Made by a program: the position numbers and the translations under genes
The notes under the pieces: model-generated
The model's database searches: none
The model's input: only the letters and a program-made list of their open reading frames with translations
Told to the model about the DNA's origin: nothing
DNA from: Cyanophyceae cyanobacterium
GTDB lineage: Bacteria; Cyanobacteriota; Cyanobacteriia; Cyanobacteriales; JBHJGN01
DNA length: 64,000 nucleotides
Assembly: GCA_050331735.1 (NCBI GenBank)
Contig: JBHJGN010000008.1
Location: 25,297-89,296, forward strand
Direction: 5' to 3'
Shown: one piece after another, positions 30,617 through 40,800 of the stretch
Numbering within the stretch: the stretch's first letter is position 1
Layout: every line of letters begins with the position of its first letter

Positions 30617-31087
30617 ATGACTCTGTTCATCTATTGCACAGATAAACTAATGATTCGAGATCGAGGAATTTGGCTCCAGCGCCGAGATATTGTGATAGCC
30701 TACACTCTTCTAAGAATTGTTTTAGGCATCAACTACTTCAATCACGGATTTACCCGCATGGGCAATATACCGGGATTTGCGCAATCAATGGTGGATCTGT
30801 TTCAAGATACCTTTGTCCCGGAAGCATTAGTGAGAGCGCCAGCTTATTTAGTCCCACCCGTCGAACTTATTGGCGGACTACTCTTAACCCTAGGACTCGT
30901 TACCCAAGTGGCGCTCGTTACTCTGTTTGGCTTGATGATTGTGCTGATGTATGGGGTAACGCTGCTGCAAAACTGGGATGCAGCATCCTCGCAGCTTATC
31001 TACTGTTTGGTGCTGTTTATTCTGCTGGCGGGCAATAGCTTTAATACTTTTTCAATAGACAGTTTGTTTCACCGTCGAAAACCCTAG
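30617..31087 (+). CDS. DoxX-family membrane protein
   Basis: LRIVLGINYFNHG, ELIGGLLLTLG, four TM helices. Confidence 0.85.
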   Translation: MTLFIYCTDKLMIRDRGIWLQRRDIVIAYTLLRIVLGINYFNHGFTRMGNIPGFAQSMVDLFQDTFVPEALVRAPAYLVPPVELIGGLLLTLGLVTQVALVTLFGLMIVLMYGVTLLQNWDAASSQLIYCLVLFILLAGNSFNTFSIDSLFHRRKP

Positions 31088-31106
31088 CATCTGGGATTAA
31101 TTGAGA

Positions 31107-32108
31107 CTATTCAGTTTTAGGCTTCCTCAGACCTAATCTTTCAGCAAGATTTTTAATGGTGTCTTTGGGAAACCAAACCATAAAGATGTTTCCCCGGTCA
31201 AGAACCACCAGGTTCCACAGATATCCGTAACCGGGAAACTGTCTTAATATCGACATTTCCGCCAACACGTAGCGGCGATTTTTGCGCGGGTGGTTGGGGG
31301 GATTATCTTCGGTGCGGAGTTGTTCTGGTAACGGAAGCCAGTGACCCGCGATTTTCCCCGGCTCAAAAAATCTGGACTGTACCGATAACCCCATCAGTCG
31401 GTCAGCCGTCCAGAACGGAACGTACTTGAAAGGACCAAAGAGCGTAAACGTGGGGACAACTCCTGTGAGCGCCTCCTGAACCAGTTCGTTTTTCCAAACT
31501 TTTTTATCAAAGTTTTCTTGATGGGGTCCATTGTGATCTCTGCGTCCCCGAAAAAGAGCGAGCCAGTCTACTCGATTGTCTAAAGGAGTAATCGGGATTT
31601 CTCGCATCGTTTGGTCTTTTTCGGCTTCGGAATAGGCTTTTTCGGCGTTCCGCTTTCTGACGTTGATATCTTTAAACGAACGCAGAGATCCCCAAGGCTT
31701 ATCAATAGGTGCGTCTCCAAAGGGAAACATTGCTTGTTTTAAGCGGAAAAAGTAGCTATCTGGATAGGTGCTGAAGTAATCCTCGGCAATGGCAATGATG
31801 TGGGGATGCAGATACTCATCGCAGTTAACCGAAAGCACATATTTCCCAGCGGCGTTGAGTAGCGCCGTCACTCTTTGAATGACTTCTCCGCGCAGCGGAC
31901 TAGCGATTTGACGCAGGCGAGAATCGGCGATCGCCATAAACGGCACACTCGGCGGATATACTAAAATGAACTCCACCTCACCTTGAACTTTCAAGAGTTC
32001 TTGGAGCCATGACTCTTGAACCCCTTCCCTCATGGGAATCACTATAGACAGCTTAGGCTTTGTCATTTGTTCAACAGCACGAGGGCACTCTAGTACATAG
32101 AATAGCAA
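31107..32108 (-). CDS. Glycosyltransferase family 2-like protein (start possibly 32066)
   Basis: LSIVIP first strand and GKYVLSVNCDE DxD-like motif. Confidence 0.65.
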   Translation of the reverse strand: MLFYVLECPRAVEQMTKPKLSIVIPMREGVQESWLQELLKVQGEVEFILVYPPSVPFMAIADSRLRQIASPLRGEVIQRVTALLNAAGKYVLSVNCDEYLHPHIIAIAEDYFSTYPDSYFFRLKQAMFPFGDAPIDKPWGSLRSFKDINVRKRNAEKAYSEAEKDQTMREIPITPLDNRVDWLALFRGRRDHNGPHQENFDKKVWKNELVQEALTGVVPTFTLFGPFKYVPFWTADRLMGLSVQSRFFEPGKIAGHWLPLPEQLRTEDNPPNHPRKNRRYVLAEMSILRQFPGYGYLWNLVVLDRGNIFMVWFPKDTIKNLAERLGLRKPKTE

Positions 32109-32453
32109 GTTTTTTTCCGGGTTTAGGCCACCTTATTTCACCCGATGCCTTACTAGATGGAGTTTTGGCCTTTAAACCATCGGTAATTGTGACCTCAGCT
32201 CTGGCATTTTAAACACCTGCATAACGGCGGCCAAAGCTAATTACTGATTTCTACTCTTCGGTAGAACAATAGCCACAAAATCTTACCTATCATAATGAAC
32301 GGGATTTGATTAAAAAATCTCAAAAGTGCTCTTCTATCTACAGGTTATGGCGATTTTGGCTGGCTCAGGAGCAAGCAAAAGCCACTCCATTGCTAGTTAC
32401 AGAGCGCCCAATGGCTATACGAAGAGGCTTAACAAATATTGCAGGAGATAGAT

Positions 32454-33257
32454 ATGGATTTTGGAATTAAAGGGAAGGTGGCCGTGATTACCGGAGGAGA
32501 TTCTGGGATCGGTCAAGCAACCGCTAAACTGCTAGCAGCCGAAGGAGTTAAAATTGCTCTCCTCGACAAAACGAAAGACCAGCTTAAAGAAACCGTCGAG
32601 GAAGTGAACAAAATTGGCGAAGCCTTTCCGGTACAGGCAGATTTGACCAAAATAGAAGAAGTGGAAGCTGCTAAACAACAGGTTCTCGAGCGGTTTGGTT
32701 CTGTCAATATCCTCGTCAACGCCGCTGGCATTACTGGTGCGACTAAAGAGTTTTTGGAGCTAACTGACGAAGACTGGATGGAAACGCTTCAGGTCGATTT
32801 TATGGCGGCTGTCCGCATCTGTCGCGCCTTTATTCCTGCGATGCGCGATGCTGGCTGGGGACGGATTATTTTGATCAGTTCTGAAGATGCCGTGCAGCCG
32901 TACACCGATGAAATGCCCTACTGTGCAGCAAAAGCCGCCGTCATTAACCTGGCGAAAAATCTCTCCAAGGCTTATGCACAAGATGGCATTCTTGTCAATA
33001 CTGTCTCTCCGGCTTTTATCGCCACTCCGATGACAGACAAAATGATGGAGCAGCGCTCGCAAAAACTCGGCGTTGGCTTTGACGATGCCATCAGCAGCTT
33101 CTTAGAGAAAAAGCGTCCTCACCTCGTCCTCAAGCGGCGCGGCAAAGCTCAGGAGGTAGCTGCGGTCATTGCTTTCTTGTGCTCAGAGCAGGCTAGCTTC
33201 GTTGTCGGCTCGAATTACCGCGTGGATGGCGGCTCCGTTGGCAGCATCAGCCTGTAA
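32454..33257 (+). CDS. SDR oxidoreductase
   Basis: TGGDSGIG, NAAG, YCAAK, VDGG. Confidence 0.93.
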   Translation: MDFGIKGKVAVITGGDSGIGQATAKLLAAEGVKIALLDKTKDQLKETVEEVNKIGEAFPVQADLTKIEEVEAAKQQVLERFGSVNILVNAAGITGATKEFLELTDEDWMETLQVDFMAAVRICRAFIPAMRDAGWGRIILISSEDAVQPYTDEMPYCAAKAAVINLAKNLSKAYAQDGILVNTVSPAFIATPMTDKMMEQRSQKLGVGFDDAISSFLEKKRPHLVLKRRGKAQEVAAVIAFLCSEQASFVVGSNYRVDGGSVGSISL

Positions 33258-33536
33258 TCGAGTGATGGGTTGATAGGCACTGCTGATGGCGCTGGGGAAG
33301 ACTCTCGCGCTCTAAACGGCTTACGCTCTCGGTGAGAGTGATTTAAGCAGCGCTCATTTGCTCTCACCTCGCTAGGGGAAACGGACGCTCGCATTTCGGG
33401 GGGTAGAGTGAGACACAGACTCAAGGCTATCGGTAGCTGGGATGTAGTTTGCGTTAATTGTTAATTTAGTAGTGAGTTTCCCCCAGCACCCGCTCAGCTA
33501 CCGACCAATCCTTTAACTGACCCCAAACACCTACAG

Positions 33537-35459
33537 ATGATCAGCAATCCCAACCCGAAGACCCAATCGGTAGAATCGGCCACACCAGAGGGGAATAAAT
33601 TACTGGCAACCGTTGCTCTGCAAACGAGAAGCTCCCTGAATCTAGAAGAAATCTTGGAAACAACAGCAGCAGAAGTCAGAAAACTGCTGCAAACAGACAG
33701 AGTGGTTGTTTATCGTCTGTATGATAACGGTCGGGGTCGCGTTGTTGTCGAGTCTGTTGACGACCGCTGGATGTCAATTCTAAATTGCAATGTTGAGGAT
33801 AACTGCTTTGTTAATGAATGGGGCGATAAATTTAAGCAGGGCGAAGTCACGGCTAATAGCGATATTGACGAGGGGATATCTCCCTGTCATGCAGAACTGC
33901 TCAAGAGTCTTCAGGTCAGGGCGAATTTAGCAGTACCGCTGCTTCAGGGCGAGAAGCTTTGGGGGTTGCTGATTGCTCACCACTGCTCTAAACCGCGACA
34001 GTGGCAAAAGGCAGAAATTGAAATCTTGCAAAGGCTTGCTGTCCAGGTAGCGATCGCGCTTCAGCAAGCCGAACTTTATCAGCAAGCTCGTTTAGAAGTG
34101 GAACGGTTTAAGCGCCTCGAAAAACACTTAAGAAGAGTCAATCGTTCAGTGAAAGCTTTGAGCGACTGCAACCAAGCCGTTATTAAAGCCACTAACGTTA
34201 CTGAACTGCTGCACAAGATCAGCCAGATTCTGGTTGAAGTCGGGGGATACTGTTTAGCCTGGGCGTGTGTTGAAAACGAATGTCTCGATTCGCGAGGAAC
34301 CATTAAAGAGCTAGAGAAGAACCGTTGCTGTCAGGATGTCACCAAGCTGTCAGAGGCAAGAAAACCTCACGAGCTTGAGGTTATTCAAAATCTGGAAACA
34401 GAATTGCCCAGGACCGATTGGAGTCGCACAATGTCGGCAGAAGGCTGTCAAGCATTCGCCACGGTGCCTCTCAAGGTCGGCGATCGCCGGTTGGGCACGC
34501 TAACCATTGGCGCACCCGAACCAAACGTGTTTGATGAGGCCGAAATCGAACTCCTGAGCGAGCTAGCCGACAACATCGCCTACGGAATCGCGGCGATTGA
34601 AGCGCGGATGGCTCTCGAAAAAACCAATGAAGTGCTCGAACAAAAGGTCCAAGAGCGTACCGCCGAGTTACAACAGGCCAATCAGCAACTTCAGCTTAAG
34701 GTAGAAGAACAAAAGCGCACCGCCGCTGAATTGAGAAATTTTGCTCAAAGGGTAGAGCAGTCCAACCGCGAACTTCAAGATTTTGCCTACATAGCGTCTC
34801 ACGATCTCCAAGAACCCCTACGGAAAATTGCGGCCTTTGGCGATCGCCTGATGACTAAGTACGGGCATCTTTTGCCCCAACAAGGAGTTGATTATTTAGA
34901 ACGAATGCAGAGTGCCGCTCGCCGCATGCATAAGTTAATCAATAATCTCCTCGATTTTTCGCGAATTACAACGAAAGCCAAACCCTTTACTGCTGTTGAT
35001 TTGAACAAGGTTATACAAGAAGTCCTGCTCGATCTAGAAATACAAATAGCCAGAACAGGAGGAACAGTCAAGGTAGATCAACTGGCTACCATTGAAGCTG
35101 ACTCTTCTCAGATGTACCGACTGCTGCAAAACCTGCTCAGCAATGCTTTAAAGTACAGTCGTCCCGACGAACCGCCTCGGGTTAGGATTCGCGGTCACCA
35201 ACTGAACGAACAGTATCAAATTTTCGTAGAAGACAACGGTATTGGCTTTGATGAAAAGTATTTAGATAAAATCTTCACTATTTTCCAGCGTCTTCACGAC
35301 CGCACCACCTACGAAGGAACAGGAATTGGGTTAGCGATTTGCCGCAAAATCACGGAGCGCCACGGAGGAACCATCACCGCCAGGAGTCAACCTAGCCAAG
35401 GCGCAACATTTATTGTTACTTTACCCATTAAACAGTCACTGATTGAGATTAATGAGTAG
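33537..35459 (+). CDS. Cyanobacteriochrome GAF + GAF + histidine kinase
   Basis: First GAF has DNCF, PCH and LWGLLIAH; ASHDLQEPLR HisKA; N, G1, F and G2 boxes. Confidence 0.88.
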   Translation: MISNPNPKTQSVESATPEGNKLLATVALQTRSSLNLEEILETTAAEVRKLLQTDRVVVYRLYDNGRGRVVVESVDDRWMSILNCNVEDNCFVNEWGDKFKQGEVTANSDIDEGISPCHAELLKSLQVRANLAVPLLQGEKLWGLLIAHHCSKPRQWQKAEIEILQRLAVQVAIALQQAELYQQARLEVERFKRLEKHLRRVNRSVKALSDCNQAVIKATNVTELLHKISQILVEVGGYCLAWACVENECLDSRGTIKELEKNRCCQDVTKLSEARKPHELEVIQNLETELPRTDWSRTMSAEGCQAFATVPLKVGDRRLGTLTIGAPEPNVFDEAEIELLSELADNIAYGIAAIEARMALEKTNEVLEQKVQERTAELQQANQQLQLKVEEQKRTAAELRNFAQRVEQSNRELQDFAYIASHDLQEPLRKIAAFGDRLMTKYGHLLPQQGVDYLERMQSAARRMHKLINNLLDFSRITTKAKPFTAVDLNKVIQEVLLDLEIQIARTGGTVKVDQLATIEADSSQMYRLLQNLLSNALKYSRPDEPPRVRIRGHQLNEQYQIFVEDNGIGFDEKYLDKIFTIFQRLHDRTTYEGTGIGLAICRKITERHGGTITARSQPSQGATFIVTLPIKQSLIEINE

Positions 35460-35898
35460 AAAGCAGATGATTATTTTAGTCGCCGATGACGATGAAGACG
35501 ACCGCCTCTTAATGCAGGATGCGGTAGATGAGGGCAACTTAGCGATCGCCCTGCACTTTGTCGAAAATGGCGAAGAACTGTTAGACTACCTGTATCGCCG
35601 GGAACAGTACAGCGACGTGGCCCGGTCGCCATTGCCCGATCTCATTTTACTAGATCTCAACATGCCCAAAAAAGACGGGCGCGAGACACTAGCAGAAATT
35701 AAAGCCAACAGTGACTTTCGGCAGATTCCGGTGGTCATTCTGACGACTTCAAAAACCGCAGAAGATATCCACCGCAGCTATAAATCGGGAGGAAATTCCT
35801 TTATTACTAAACCGGTTAGCTTTGAAGGGCTGGTAGAAGTCATGAAAACGCTCGGAGAGTACTGGTTTGACGTGGTGGAGCTACCGCAGAAAAATTAG
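35452..35898 (+). CDS. Single-domain response regulator (Rcp1-like)
   Basis: ADDDEDD, LLDLNMPKKDG, LTTS, KP; overlaps the kinase stop. Confidence 0.92.
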   Translation: MSRKQMIILVADDDEDDRLLMQDAVDEGNLAIALHFVENGEELLDYLYRREQYSDVARSPLPDLILLDLNMPKKDGRETLAEIKANSDFRQIPVVILTTSKTAEDIHRSYKSGGNSFITKPVSFEGLVEVMKTLGEYWFDVVELPQKN

Positions 35899-35921
35899 AG
35901 TTCCGACGAATCAATGCAGGG

Positions 35922-36536
35922 TCAAAGCCAATGCGCACTCCTGGAAACTTGGCTCGTGATGAACTGATAAACGCCATACCAATTGAGGCTCCATTGGTCA
36001 TCAAGATCGAACCAGTGAACCTGGTATTTTCGGCATTCCTGCCTCAAAAAGCGACTGAGGGTCGTAAAATTATTTAAGGCAACGTGCAGCTCTGAGTCGG
36101 TATATTGATGAGACCAGCAGGACGGATTTATCTTGGCGTAGTCACGAATATCTTGAATTTTTTGTTCAATATCAAGACAGTTATAGAGCAGAAAAACACT
36201 ACAGACAAATCCTTGTTTTCTTAATTGCGCCACGGACTCTGGAAGCACGTAGCAAGATTCAAAGATACTGATATTGTAGTCTAAACCTTTACCCATGTTT
36301 CTAACGAGCTTGACCAGATAATTTTGCATGGGCAGCAGGTAGTCTCTGTAGTTATTCGTGTCAATCGTGTCGAAATTGGGAGCAAAGGCATTTTTGTAAT
36401 TGTTTTTAATGGCATTCACCAGAGTATCGCCATGCATCACCAGACCGTGATAGCGATCAAAGAGTTTCTTGGCCAAAATGGACTTGCCAGTTCTGGGAAC
36501 TCCGCCAATAATTATCTTGGGATGAACTTGAATCAT
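35922..36536 (-). CDS. P-loop kinase-like protein
   Basis: IIIGGVPRTGKS Walker A near the N-terminus; IFES. Confidence 0.7.
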   Translation of the reverse strand: MIQVHPKIIIGGVPRTGKSILAKKLFDRYHGLVMHGDTLVNAIKNNYKNAFAPNFDTIDTNNYRDYLLPMQNYLVKLVRNMGKGLDYNISIFESCYVLPESVAQLRKQGFVCSVFLLYNCLDIEQKIQDIRDYAKINPSCWSHQYTDSELHVALNNFTTLSRFLRQECRKYQVHWFDLDDQWSLNWYGVYQFITSQVSRSAHWL

Positions 36537-36810
36537 GGCGAAGACAAATAGCTCTTGGCAGTCCCTCAATTTTACAACAGCGATTATGACAGTTCTTTGG
36601 ATTTAGTTTTTTGTGAATTGTTGATTACTCTTTGACGACTGTGCTTATGTTTCAAGGCTTTGAAAAGCCATTTATCAAGCTAAACGGCGGAACATCAAAC
36701 GGACCATAGCGGCATCAACTATGGCTACGCGCACTTCGGGTAAAAGCTCACAGTCTAGGCTCAAACGTCGGGAGCTGATTAACTAGCTAAATGTGCGTTC
36801 GACTCTCCTA

Positions 36811-36838
36811 TGTATATACAGTTACAATATTTAACAGC
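36811..36838. promoter_or_regulatory. Putative NtcA box overlapping an HLR1-like direct repeat
   Basis: TGTA-tatacagt-TACA (36811-36826); GTTACAAT-at-TTAACAGC (36821-36838). Confidence 0.4.
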
Positions 36839-36966
36839 TTTTCTAAGCTTGCCCCTATAAAATAAAGATACAAACTGCTAGGGGTAAAGCATATTTCCTG
36901 CCCTGCTTTTCCCTTTCCTATCAACTGATTGACAATCAATTCAGCAATTGATGGGTCAGATCTTAG

Positions 36967-37188
36967 GTGGGAATCACAATACCTATGATAGCTACTACAA
37001 ACACAGCTCTTCGGGAAGACGTTCACCAACTAGCAGAACGGGCTTTCAAAAATAACCTAATTTCTGGCTATGGTGATGGTCAGTACCAAGAAGAGTATCA
37101 ACTGGTTCTTCATGGTAAACCCCGGCACTATAGCTTAGAACGTGCCTACTTAATCTTGAGAAACTTACTGAACAGTCAATTTAACTGA
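36967..37188 (+). CDS. Small hypothetical protein (start possibly 36985)
   Basis: ORF containing LISGYGDG; terminator-like hairpin downstream. Confidence 0.6.
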   Translation: MGITIPMIATTNTALREDVHQLAERAFKNNLISGYGDGQYQEEYQLVLHGKPRHYSLERAYLILRNLLNSQFN

Positions 37189-37298
37189 ATCTGTTGTTTT
37201 TGGCAAAAACTCTTCACTTTTAATCGCTAGTTTATTCTTGATCAGGTTCTGCAACATCAGTCTCCTAAAGCTATTAGCAATCGATTCTCTTATTTGTC

Positions 37299-37327
37299 AC
37301 CGACTCTAGCTCTACGAGTCGGTTTTT
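37299..37327 (+). terminator. Intrinsic terminator
   Basis: ACCGACTC-N9-GAGTCGGT followed by TTTT. Confidence 0.7.
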
Positions 37328-37339
37328 AATGCTCTACAC

Positions 37340-37513
37340 TAAGTGACGGCTGGCAAGTAGATGCTAAAATAGCTACACGGTGCATTTCCGCAAATCGGCT
37401 GGCTTGAGCAAGAGTCAGCTTTTCGCGCTGAAAGAGCATGACCGCGATTTCTTGACGCATCTCAACCTCAGTCATGCGAGTTGCGGTGAGAATTTTGTCA
37501 GAACAATACTCAT
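37340..37513 (-). pseudogene. UPF0175-family remnant (not in the ORF track)
   Basis: Manual translation MSIV / DKILTATRMTEVEMRQEIAVMLFQREKLTLAQASRFAEMHRVA / HLLASR across two frameshifts, then truncated. Confidence 0.75.
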
Positions 37514-37855
37514 GGCTCGATTCCTCGCTACCCTGACTATTCTGCGCTTCTGAGCAAGCAAATGACTGTATTCTATCCGAGCCAGCTCACGCTACGTTGG
37601 TGCGGACGGCACAAAGACTATCGATGAGAGTTCGAGGTTATCTGCCGCCGCACGACTTCACCTTTAGCTTCTACTTCTTGCAAGGATTCCTTTTCCCTTT
37701 CCCCGTTCCGCCGGGACAGTTTCCCCCTATTGTTCGTTGTCTTATGACCTGTTACCGGCAAACTGTTGATCATTTCTTAACGTGAAGGCAGAGAGTGCTT
37801 AAACTTTCTGCGGTACGCTACCTATGCCTAAACTAAAATTCACGGTAGTTAAGAA

Positions 37856-40800
37856 ATGGTTACTGTTGACAGTACACGCTTTTCTCAATTTAACGTTTCT
37901 CTATTTCGCAATGAAGCAGGCGAACTGAACGAAGATTTATCAACCCCAGATAACGAACAGATCCAGAACGTTGCTGAAATTATTCAGCGGACAAATCCCG
38001 ACGTGCTGCTGGTCAACGAGTTCGACTACGACCCCAATGGCACTGCTGCCGCGCTGTTTCAGGAGAACTATTTGTCTGTCAGTCAGAATGGAGTCGATCC
38101 GGTCGAGTATCCCTACGTTTATCTCGCTCCCTCCAACACCGGTATTCCTTCTAACTTTGACCTAGACAACAATGGCGAAGTCGTCACCACACCTGGCGAA
38201 CCCGGATACGGCAACGATGCGTTTGGCTTTGGTAATTTTCCGGGGCAGTTTGCGATGGTGCTGTACTCCAAGTTTCCAATTGTGGAAGACGAAGTACGCA
38301 CCTTTCAAACCTTCCTCTGGCAGGATATGCCCAATTCCCTGCTGCCGGAAGATTTCTACTCAGAAGCAGAACAGGAGGTGTTTCGCCTGTCTTCTAAAAG
38401 TCACTGGGACGTCCCCATCGACATCAACGGGGAGGTGGTCCACGTCCTGGCCAGTCACCCTACTCCCCCCGTCTTTGACGGCGACGAAGACCGCAACGGT
38501 CGTCGCAACCATGACGAGATTCGTTTCTGGGCAGACTACGTGACTCCCGGTGCTGGCGACTATATTTATGACGACGCTGGCAATACCGGGGGACTCGCCG
38601 CCGGAGAACGGTTTGTGATTATGGGCGACCAAAACGCCGATCCGTTCGATGGTGACGACACCGACGATGCGAGTCTGCAACTGCTCGATAACCCGCAGAT
38701 CAACATTACGACGACTCCGGCTAGCGCTGGCGGTCCCGATGCGGCAGAACGTCAGAACGCTATTAACGACGAACATCTCGGCAACCCGGCTCTTGATACC
38801 GCCGACTTTAGCGAACCATCGCCGGGAAATCTGCGAGCCGATTACGTGCTGCCATCTCAGAATCTAGAAATTACCGATGCAGAAGTCTTTTGGCTTCCCG
38901 ATGAAGATCCGCTGTTTGCCGAACTGCTTGATGTTGACCCAGAAAACCTCTTCAACGGCTTCCGCAGTTCCGACCACCGCCTGGTTTATGTCGATGTGCT
39001 GGCAACTGATGGAGTTGCTGACCGCCAAACCGTTACCGACATCGAACTCATTGGCGAAGTTACCTTTGAAACGGGCTTTCAGTTTGCCAACACGGAAGTC
39101 GGCGGACTATCCGGCATGACCTACGACCCCAGCAACCAGGTGTACTATGCTCTGTCCGACGACCGCAGCATGAACAACGATGCCCGGTTTTACACCTTAG
39201 ATATTGACGTGAGTGACGGTAGCCTAGATGAAGGAGACGTTTCCTTTAATGAAGTCACCACTCTCCTCAACGAAGACGGTGAGCCTTTTCCGGTCGGCGG
39301 AGTCGATCCCGAAGGCATTGCCTATAGCAGCATTGGCAGTCTGTATATCTCCTCTGAAGGCGACGCTAGCGCCCTGCTTGCTCCATTCGTAAACGAATTT
39401 TCGCTTAACACCGGAGAACTCATCAACGAGCTACCCGTTCCCGACAAGTTTCTGCCCACCACAGACAGCGGCATCCAGAATAACCGTGCGTTTGAAAGCT
39501 TGACTATTACCCCCGACAATCGCACCCTCTATACTGCTACTGAAGGATCGCTCTTGCAAGATGGTGCTGAAGAGGGTCCAGTGCGGATTCTGCGCTACGA
39601 CCTGACAACCGACGAACCGGGGAAAGAGTTTGCCTACTTCCTCGATGAGGATGTGGCTGGCAACGGGTTAGTGGAGCTACTGGCCCTCGACAATACCGGC
39701 ACTTTACTATCTCTTGAGCGCGGGTTCTCTCCTGAGATTGGCAATACTCTGCGGCTGTTTGAGGTGCAGTTGCAAAACACCACCGACATCAGCGACTTTG
39801 ACAGCATCTTATCTGAAGAAGGAGAACCGTTCGATATCGATGCCGTCGCCGAAAAGACCTTGCTGCTCGACTTTAACGAACTGGGGATTGAACTAGACAA
39901 CAGCGAAGCGTTAGCCTTTGGTCCCACGTTACCCGACGGTCGCCAGTCTCTGTTTGTCGTCAGCGACAACAACTTCAACGACGCTCAATTTACCCAATTC
40001 CTGGCGTTTGCCCTCGACCTGGAGACTATTCCTGCCGTTGCTCCAAGCGTAGAAACGCCGTCGCTGCTGCGGTATGACCCCGAAAATCCAGAGGAGGAAG
40101 TATTTGACTCCGACGATCCGGCTATCTATGTTCACCCCGACAATCCGGCCCAAAGCTTTGTGATTACGGCGCTGAAGAACGGCGGATTTGGCGTGTACGA
40201 TCTCGAAGGTCAGGAGCTTCAGCTTGAAACTCCAGAGGAAATTCGCTATAACAACGTCGATTTGATCTACGACTTTGAGTTAGCCGGGGAAACGGTTGAT
40301 TTAGCGGTGTTTAGCGATCGCGCGAACGATACTCTAGCCATTTACAGCATCGACCCCGATACTCGTCAGATTACCAACGTGACTGGGGATGTTCCCGAAA
40401 CCATTTTCGGCGTGGATGATGGCGAGCAAACTGCTTACGGACTTGCGACCTACACAAGCCCCGTTTCTGGTGCTGAATATGCGTTTGTGAGCCAGAGCGA
40501 TGGTAATCAGGTGGCGCAGCTAGAGCTGGTTGCCGATGGCGATACAGTAGCGGCGGAAGTGGTGCGTTCCTTTGCCGTTCCCGTCCCCGAGGGGGAAGAC
40601 ATCGAAGACGGACAGGTAGAAGGCATGGTGGTGGACCGCGAGCTGGGCTATCTGTACGTCGGTCAGGAAGGATTTGGGATCTACAAATACTACGCCGAAC
40701 CCGATGCTGGCAATGACGGTTTGCTCATTGATGTTGCGGGTGGCGACAACTTAGTGGCCGATATCGAAGGACTCACCATTTACTACGGCGCTGACGGCAA

